This document shows, piece after piece, positions 1 through 5,383 of a stretch of DNA of 64,000 bases. How positions within the stretch are numbered: the first letter of the stretch is position 1; each line of letters starts with the position of its first letter. The notes under the pieces are model-generated. The model did no database searches. It was not told the DNA's origin and was given only the letters and a program-made list of their open reading frames with translations. Origin of the DNA: Nitrosopumilaceae archaeon (GTDB lineage: Archaea > Thermoproteota > Nitrososphaeria > Nitrososphaerales > Nitrosopumilaceae); assembly GCA_965209085.1 (NCBI GenBank), contig OZ242376.1, positions 1,312,001 to 1,376,000 on the forward strand, given 5' to 3'. The translations under genes and the position numbers were made by a program.

Positions 1-418
1 TATGATGTGACAGATACAAAATTCCAACATAACGCAGATCACCTATTGGAACTGACAAAAAAAGTCATATGTAAATCTCCAAAACATTTCACTACTGACG
101 GACTTCCGGCATACGCCAAATCATCTAAACGTGTATTCGGTAAAGATACACAATATCATGCACACATTCACTTGCGTAGACCGCAACAATAACAAAATGG
201 AACGGTTTAATGGAACCTTTAGAGATCGTGAATTGGTATTTAGAGGTTTAAAAAAATCAGATACGCCTTTGATCGGTGGCCATCAAGCATTTTACAATTA
301 CACTAAAAAACACATAGGTCTTGGCGGCAAAACTCTAGCAGAGGCTTCAAACATTAAAGTTGCAGGATTAAATAAATGACAAACTTTGATACAAAATGCT
401 AGTTTGCATACTTATGAA
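1..418 (+). pseudogene. IS6-family DDE transposase pseudogene (C-terminal fragment)
   Basis: ORFs 7..192 and 131..379 together match the C-terminus of 1912..3027 (TTDGLPAY, NNKMERFNGTFRDRE). There is a frameshift near 180 and a TGG->TGA stop at 377-379. The remaining QTLIQNASLHTYE is still readable up to 418. Confidence 0.88.
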
Positions 419-588
419 CGTTTTTCCCAAATGTGTGAAGTTTTTTTCTGAAATTCATCAAACTGTAATGAAGTTTTATTAAAAATATCCCGTGCTTCTT
501 CTTTTGTCATTTTATCATGTTCACATAACCAATCTAAAAGTGCCACCATTGGAGTATATTGATTGTTTAATGTATCGCCTTTGACCAT
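412..588 (-). CDS. Small hypothetical cargo protein (58 aa, MVKGDTLNNQYTPMVALLDWLCEHDKMTKEEARDIFNKTSLQFDEFQKKTSHIWEKRS)
   Basis: Manually translated ATG588..TAA412, below the ORF-track cutoff. It converges on the transposase end, as 1616..1906 does in the intact element. Confidence 0.5.
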   Translation of the reverse strand: MVKGDTLNNQYTPMVALLDWLCEHDKMTKEEARDIFNKTSLQFDEFQKKTSHIWEKRS

Positions 589-638
589 ATTGAATCTTGT
601 AATATATTTTATGAATAAATATGTTTTTAGTCAATCCA

Positions 639-721
639 GGCACGAGGTCACATCATGCCTAGAATTTACACAATAAATGAATATGTAGGCATAAAATAGC
701 ATGAGGTGCTGACCTCGTACC
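639..721. repeat. Imperfect ~83-bp inverted repeat / hairpin
   Basis: GGCACGAGGTCA (639-650) pairs with TGACCTCGTACC (710-721) at 11/12 positions, and pairing extends inward with bulges (CATCATGC / GCATGAGGTG). Confidence 0.6.
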
Positions 722-904
722 AATCCTGAGAAGATCCATATTTCACGCCTGACGCCTAAGTGTTGATAACTTTACAGAATCTAAAATTCTACATACTGTG
801 ATCAGAATTGAGACCATATCCCTAAGTTAACAGAAAAACACCCTAAATTAACAGCAGGTTGGAAATCGTGGAAAAGCCCTAAGAATTACCAGAGTATGAT
901 ATCA

Positions 905-929
905 GGTTCTGTAAACTTATCGGTGCATA
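905..929 (+). repeat. Terminal inverted repeat of IS6-like element (left in window)
   Basis: 25/25 reverse-complement match to 3920-3944. Confidence 0.92.
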
Positions 930-991
930 GGCGTGGATATGGATCTTCTCTGAATTGATTGTTTTATATGTTGGAATATGAGTTAAAAATT

Positions 992-1210
992 ATGAGTGAT
1001 TTATTGGATATTGATCGGATAGTTCCAGAACTGCCAGAAGGTTCACGTATGGATATGGTAGAGTGGGCAAATATGTTAGATGTTAAATTGCGAACATTAG
1101 ATGGTCGTACAAATAGTGCATTTCAGTACCGAGATAAAAGATATAACCAATTACAAGAATTGATTTCTACCATAGAAAAAGAAATTGATGATTTGAAAAA
1201 AAGACCATAA
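992..1210 (+). CDS. Small coiled-coil cargo protein A
   Basis: ORF 959..1210; the ATG at 992 lies downstream of TATA-like TTTTATAT (962-969). Has a VP...EWA motif and a C-terminal heptad pattern (LQELISTIEKEIDDLKK). Confidence 0.65.
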   Translation: MSDLLDIDRIVPELPEGSRMDMVEWANMLDVKLRTLDGRTNSAFQYRDKRYNQLQELISTIEKEIDDLKKRP

Positions 1211-1221
1211 TAAAATTTATC

Positions 1222-1259
1222 AAAAAGTGATCATTTTTTGAGTAAGATCAATAAAGGGG
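1222..1259 (+). promoter_or_regulatory. Duplicated promoter/operator module copy 1 (TGATC-N13-GATCA + AATAAAG)
   Basis: 35/38 identical to 1560-1597, with the same 28-nt offset from the end of GATCA to the ATG. Confidence 0.7.
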
Positions 1260-1277
1260 CATATTTTAAAATACATT

Positions 1278-1514
1278 ATGAGTTTAGCAGCTACTGTCCC
1301 AAATGAAGCACCAAATTGGTTTAGAGAGTGGGCAAAGGGTATGGATAGAGATACAATATTTGGAACTGCGATATTAGAACAATCGGACTATACATTGGAA
1401 AGTGTAAAGAGGGATTTTGGAAATTTTAATACACGAATGGATAAAATGGATAAAGATATTTTAGAGATAAAAGATGATATAAAAACTATAAAGAAATTGT
1501 TGACTAATAAATAA
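1278..1514 (+). CDS. Small coiled-coil cargo protein B
   Basis: 78-aa ORF with a VP...EWA motif and C-terminal heptads (MDKMDKDILEIKDDIKTIKKLL), preceded by the duplicated promoter module. Confidence 0.72.
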   Translation: MSLAATVPNEAPNWFREWAKGMDRDTIFGTAILEQSDYTLESVKRDFGNFNTRMDKMDKDILEIKDDIKTIKKLLTNK

Positions 1515-1559
1515 TTTATCGGTTTTATTCAGGTTCTGCAAATCATCTATGGATTGACA

Positions 1560-1597
1560 AAAAAGTGATCTTTTGTTGAGTTAGATCAATAAAGGGG
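1560..1597 (+). promoter_or_regulatory. Duplicated promoter/operator module copy 2
   Basis: 35/38 identical to 1222-1259; upstream of ATG1616. Confidence 0.7.
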
Positions 1598-1615
1598 TAG
1601 ATTGCATGATGTAGT

Positions 1616-1906
1616 ATGAGTAGATTAGATGAAATAAAATCTGTAAAAGATGTTACTGAACGTGATATACAAGAGTGGTGTGGCGATTTACGAAAACATG
1701 ATGATAAGGCGTTTAAATATATTGGTTGGTTGTTTTGGGTTCATCACGATTTTCTGAAATCGGGGTTTGAAGAAACGAAAGTTGCTATTAAAGAAATGAA
1801 AGATGATATTGAAAAAGTGAATGATAAATTGGTTAGTATGGATTCAAGGTTTGACAGCATGGATTCAAAATTGGATTCCATAAATGAAAAATTAGAAAAG
1901 TTGTAA
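1616..1906 (+). CDS. Small coiled-coil cargo protein C
   Basis: 96-aa ORF with an EWC motif and a heptad-repeat tail (LVSMDSR/FDSMDSK/LDSINEK). Confidence 0.72.
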   Translation: MSRLDEIKSVKDVTERDIQEWCGDLRKHDDKAFKYIGWLFWVHHDFLKSGFEETKVAIKEMKDDIEKVNDKLVSMDSRFDSMDSKLDSINEKLEKL

Positions 1907-1911
1907 TGCAA

Positions 1912-3027
1912 TTATTCATACGTATGCAAACTAGCATTTTGTATCAAAGTTTGCCATTTGTTTAATCCAGCAACCTTAATGTTTGAAGCTTCAGCAGGCG
2001 TTTTGCCACCAAGTCCTATGTGTTTTTTAGTGTAATTGTAAAATGCTTGATAGCCACCGATCAAAGGGGTATCGGATTTTTTCAAACCTCTAAATGCCAA
2101 TTCACGATCTCTGAATGTACCGTTAAAGCGTTCCATTTTATTATTATTACGATCTTTGCGTAAATGGATATGTGAATGATGTTCCGTATCTTTACCAAAT
2201 ACACGTTTAGATGATTTGGCGTATGCAGGAAGTCCGTCAGTTGTAAAATGTTTAGGCGATTTGCCTATGGCATTTTTTGTGAGCTCTAATAGACGATCTG
2301 CATTATGTTGGAATTTTGTATCTGCCATGTCATAAGCAAGGAAATAACGGGTTTGATCATCTATGGAAGCAAAAAGATATTTTTTCTGACCTGATACTTT
2401 GAGCCATACTTCATCAGCTCTAACCCATGTACGATCAGCGGTTCTTGGAATGATCTCATTTAGGTATTTTTCAACCATACGAGAATATTTGGCAATCCAT
2501 TTGTAAACTGCCATGTGGGATATTTTAATTCCCATCATCTCATAATGGTTGGCAATATCACGGACTGACATACCCGTGAAATACATTTGCATATCTCCAG
2601 TAATAGTAGAGGGTAAAACACGGGTATTTTCAAAGCCAAAGTTTGTTGTAAAAATTTTGGTACATTCTTGGCATTGATACTTTTGAAGTTTGCCGTGCCT
2701 ATTGGTTCTATAACCACGTTTACGTAAATTACCCGAACTGCAATATTTGCATAGGTTGAGCTTTGATCGTTCCATGATTTTAAATTCATTATTGGCATAT
2801 CCACGATTTTGTTTTATTATCTTTATAATGACATGAATATGTTTACAGTCGGATTTGCGGTATTGATGATCAGGGCATTCGCATACAAGACCGTTTCCAG
2901 TCCTAGAGACCGTATAGTATTTGTCGGGCGTGGACATGGATTTTACTTTGAATGTGTGGGTATCGGTTTGAGTTATTGCATTTGCCGTTTCTAGTATTTG
3001 GTTTGCTTGTTGTTTGCGTGTATTCAT
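1912..3027 (-). CDS. IS6-family DDE transposase with N-terminal SWIM zinc finger and Zn ribbon
   Basis: SWIM motif CECPD-x6-CKH; CxxC...CxxC ribbon (CKYC, CQEC); DDE motifs RADEVW, TTDG and NNKMER. Confidence 0.9.
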   Translation of the reverse strand: MNTRKQQANQILETANAITQTDTHTFKVKSMSTPDKYYTVSRTGNGLVCECPDHQYRKSDCKHIHVIIKIIKQNRGYANNEFKIMERSKLNLCKYCSSGNLRKRGYRTNRHGKLQKYQCQECTKIFTTNFGFENTRVLPSTITGDMQMYFTGMSVRDIANHYEMMGIKISHMAVYKWIAKYSRMVEKYLNEIIPRTADRTWVRADEVWLKVSGQKKYLFASIDDQTRYFLAYDMADTKFQHNADRLLELTKNAIGKSPKHFTTDGLPAYAKSSKRVFGKDTEHHSHIHLRKDRNNNKMERFNGTFRDRELAFRGLKKSDTPLIGGYQAFYNYTKKHIGLGGKTPAEASNIKVAGLNKWQTLIQNASLHTYE

Positions 3028-3037
3028 ACAGTTGGTA

Positions 3038-3097
3038 TTAAGAGTACGCTTAATATATGTATCTGTTAATAGTACGCTTAATTAAGAGATCGCTTAA
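3038..3097. promoter_or_regulatory. Three 16-bp near-palindromic operator-like sites between the divergent transposase and AbrB-like genes
   Basis: TTAAGAGTACGCTTAA (3038-3053), TTAATAGTACGCTTAA (3066-3081), TTAAGAGATCGCTTAA (3082-3097). Confidence 0.75.
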
Positions 3098-3127
3098 TTA
3101 ATATGGTAATAGGTTATTGCACCGTGT

Positions 3128-3298
3128 ATGACACGGTGGAAAAAAGATGAGACGGAATTTACAGTCAGCTTATCACATGACGGTGGGCTTGGAATGATTG
3201 CACGCATACCTAAACCAATTAGGGAAGAGTTGGGCAATCCTACCAAGATTAAATTTCTAAAGTATAAGGGTAAAATATTAGTAGATTCTGGAGATTAA
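3128..3298 (+). CDS. AbrB/MazE/SpoVT-like small DNA-binding protein (56 aa)
   Basis: Manual translation MTRWKKDETEFTVSLSHDGGLGMIARIPKPIREELGNPTKIKFLKYKGKILVDSGD; the IPKPIREELG...KIKF...GKILV pattern fits a swapped-hairpin fold. Confidence 0.72.
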   Translation: MTRWKKDETEFTVSLSHDGGLGMIARIPKPIREELGNPTKIKFLKYKGKILVDSGD

Positions 3299-3304
3299 AA
3301 CGGT

Positions 3305-3445
3305 TCATAGAATTTTGCGATCACGGATAAGGCGTGTGCAATATTCAAGACCATGACTGCGATTTCTAAATATTCCCGATTTTACCTGTTTGTCAATCCA
3401 TCTTAAGATTTCAGCTTCTATGGATATGGCGATCTTATGCTTCAC
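3305..3445 (-). CDS. Ribbon-helix-helix (CopG/Arc/MetJ-like) DNA-binding protein (46 aa)
   Basis: Manual translation from GTG3445: MKHKIAISIEAEILRWIDKQVKSGIFRNRSHGLEYCTRLIRDRKIL. Pattern is a beta-strand KIAISI, a helix, then the G.F.NRS turn typical of RHH proteins. Confidence 0.75.
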   Translation of the reverse strand: MKHKIAISIEAEILRWIDKQVKSGIFRNRSHGLEYCTRLIRDRKIL

Positions 3446-3452
3446 ATGGTAC

Positions 3453-3497
3453 AGTATGACTAGGTATGATTAAAATACGGTATGATAAAGTCATACT
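3453..3497. promoter_or_regulatory. Operator-like repeats between the divergent RHH gene and the membrane-protein gene
   Basis: AGTATGACT (3453-3461) is inverted with AGTCATACT (3489-3497); GGTATGAT direct repeats at 3463 and 3479. Confidence 0.6.
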
Positions 3498-3500
3498 TTT

Positions 3501-3878
3501 GTGAGTGCAGTTAAGGGATTTCTAGCAGGGGGGTTTACAGTATTTGTATTTTTTATCATAGTATTGACAGGTTTTGCACTAGATTCAGATATTGAATATA
3601 CGAATGATTCAGGTATTGCCCATACGAATGAATTAAACTATACGGATAGAGCAGTACTGATAAAATTAGCTCAAAACTGTTATGGCAGAGATACTGATTG
3701 CTATGTAAAAAATTTGGGGTATGGGTTGGATAATAATGATAAATACATAATAGAATCATGGACAAATACTTGTCAGACATTTAGCAAATATCAATATGAT
3801 CGTTGCTGGAGTATAGATAGCGAGGATGCTGGCATAATTACTAGCATACGAAATATGCACTTAAAAGCGGAAAAATGA
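3501..3878 (+). CDS. Membrane-anchored/secreted hypothetical cargo protein with 4 Cys
   Basis: 125-aa ORF with an N-terminal hydrophobic segment (FLAGGFTVFVFFIIVLTGFAL); lies inside the TIRs. Confidence 0.7.
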   Translation: MSAVKGFLAGGFTVFVFFIIVLTGFALDSDIEYTNDSGIAHTNELNYTDRAVLIKLAQNCYGRDTDCYVKNLGYGLDNNDKYIIESWTNTCQTFSKYQYDRCWSIDSEDAGIITSIRNMHLKAEK

Positions 3879-3919
3879 CGATTTTTGGTTGATTTGGTTG
3901 ATCGCTATTTATGGTCAAA

Positions 3920-3944
3920 TATGCACCGATAAGTTTACAGAACC
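3920..3944 (-). repeat. Terminal inverted repeat of IS6-like element (right in window)
   Basis: TATGCACCGATAAGTTTACAGAACC, exact reverse complement of 905-929. Confidence 0.92.
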
Positions 3945-3987
3945 AAGAATCGCACAGCTTATATACACAAGTACCGTACTTTACGGT

Positions 3988-4095
3988 ATGTTACGGTGCG
4001 AATACTGTACAAGAATCTTTGGCGCGACCCACAACGGGTTTGCAGAAAAGACGTTCCATGAGTTATTACATGGTCCAAATGTGGTAAACAGCTAA
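3988..4095 (+). CDS. C2H2-type zinc-finger microprotein (35 aa)
   Basis: MLRCEYCTRIFGATHNGFAEKTFHELLHGPNVVNS has CxxC...HxxxH. The longer ORF-track version (3889) runs through the IS TIR, so its 5' part is unlikely to be coding. Confidence 0.5.
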   Translation: MLRCEYCTRIFGATHNGFAEKTFHELLHGPNVVNS

Positions 4096-4141
4096 AAGCT
4101 AGCCACATACCAATATTTTTTTAAATCATTACATTTCCTAT

Positions 4142-5383
4142 ATGGTATTGACAGTCAAAAAGAAAAAATCAAAAAAAGCATCCGTAAAACGATCGGCTAG
4201 GCCTGTAAAAACAAAAGCATCCAAGCCTGTAAAATCAAAGACTGCTAGACCGACAAGGCCTGTAAAAACAAATGCTTCAAGATCGGCAAATACAGACAAG
4301 AGTATGACTTTGATCATAGAATCGACAAAAACGGTCTCAAAGGAGATAAAGACAATCTCAAAGATCTTTACGGACAATCAAAAAATACTGGAATCCATGA
4401 AAACCATGATAACCACCCTCTCTGGAACCATGCAGCACATTGACAGGCATTCCAAACAAATTATGCTGTTGGAAAATGAATCTCAAAAAATTCAGGCGGA
4501 CCTGCGCCAGGTAAATCAAAAGGCAGAGTCTGTGAAACCATCAGGCGCAATTAATGGCAATATTGAAAAAAGACTGGTCGCAATTGAAAACGAATCAAAT
4601 TTTGTACAGGTAAAGGAAATAATGTCAGAATGTCTTAAAATTACAAAAACTAGCGGACAAACTTTGGATAAAATATCAGATTATCTAAATAGTGCATCCA
4701 ATACAAACGCTGACAATATTGAATCAAAACTCGACGCCAATGCCAAGATGCTTGATGATGTCAGAAAACATCTTTACGATCATGTGCAGGATGGTGCGGA
4801 TAAAAATATCAAAAATGAAATCTCTGAAAAAATATCGACAATTTCTCGCGAGATTGCAGGATTACGCGAGCAGATACGCAGCGTTTCAGATGCGCAAATA
4901 ACTGACGAGCTTACAGACCACATGAGTGCCATATCCTCAAAAGCGGAGGTTCTCATGGGCATTCCGGCAGAATTACTAGAGATGCAGTCCCGTCTGAATT
5001 CCATAGAAGGAAAAATTGCAGAGAAAAAAGATTCCAGTGAAAAACAGCCATCAATTACGTTGCTAGAATATCAGGTAAAAATTCGCATGAATTCAGAATC
5101 AAAGTACGGGGATACAGACGAGCTGCAATCCATGATAGATCAGACCTCCGAGGTACTCCAAACAATTGAAAAAAACAAAAGCACCGGTATTTCAAAATGG
5201 GGCGTTTCACGCATTTTAGAGTGCGCCGACAGATGGGAGTTGCGATTCTCAGATGTACTAGCAATGATGAAAGATACGCTTGGTGCAGACATACTAAAGG
5301 AAGCAATTCGGATAAAACAGGTCAAAGACGTATACGGTGTGCGCGCAGTAGAGGATACAAAATCCCTTTTGGGTTTAGACTAG
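4142..5383 (+). CDS. Coiled-coil hypothetical protein with Lys/Ser-rich repetitive N-terminus
   Basis: 413-aa ORF with RPVKT-type repeats followed by long heptad regions. Confidence 0.8.
   Translation: MVLTVKKKKSKKASVKRSARPVKTKASKPVKSKTARPTRPVKTNASRSANTDKSMTLIIESTKTVSKEIKTISKIFTDNQKILESMKTMITTLSGTMQHIDRHSKQIMLLENESQKIQADLRQVNQKAESVKPSGAINGNIEKRLVAIENESNFVQVKEIMSECLKITKTSGQTLDKISDYLNSASNTNADNIESKLDANAKMLDDVRKHLYDHVQDGADKNIKNEISEKISTISREIAGLREQIRSVSDAQITDELTDHMSAISSKAEVLMGIPAELLEMQSRLNSIEGKIAEKKDSSEKQPSITLLEYQVKIRMNSESKYGDTDELQSMIDQTSEVLQTIEKNKSTGISKWGVSRILECADRWELRFSDVLAMMKDTLGADILKEAIRIKQVKDVYGVRAVEDTKSLLGLD

Larger units (their letters stand above)
1..781 (+). mobile_element. Partial, decayed IS6-family element (3' part), sister of the 905-3944 element, in opposite orientation
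   Basis: The transposase remnant at 1-418 closely matches the C-terminus of 1912..3027. The degenerate terminal IR GATAACTTTACAGAATC (765-781) compares with GATAAGTTTACAGAACC. Subterminal 728-750 matches the reverse complement of 929-950. Confidence 0.8.
905..3944 (-). mobile_element. Cargo-carrying IS6-family element (3,040 bp) with perfect 25-bp TIRs
   Basis: GGTTCTGTAAACTTATCGGTGCATA (905-929) is the exact reverse complement of 3920-3944. The GGTTCTGT end resembles IS6-family IRs. The element encloses an intact IS6-type transposase and 6 passenger ORFs and is visibly more AT-rich than the core genes. No target duplication is seen. Confidence 0.88.

Noticed and set aside
1-3027. Composite transposon formed by the two inverted transposases flanking ORFs A-C
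   Set aside because: The TIR positions show two separate tail-to-tail elements; A-C lie inside the second element's own TIRs.
1549-3401. 13-bp inverted repeat ATGGATTGACAAA (1549-1561 / 3389-3401) as inner element ends
   Set aside because: The second copy is coding sequence of the RHH gene (WIDK); it is short and may be coincidental.
3128-3445. Type II toxin-antitoxin operon
   Set aside because: Both small proteins have antitoxin-like DNA-binding folds but are convergent, and no PIN/RelE/MazF toxin is recognisable.
897-3952. Target-site duplication around the IS6 element
   Set aside because: The flanks TGATATCA and AAGAATCG do not match. Absence is compatible with IS6 cointegrate resolution or adjacent rearrangement.
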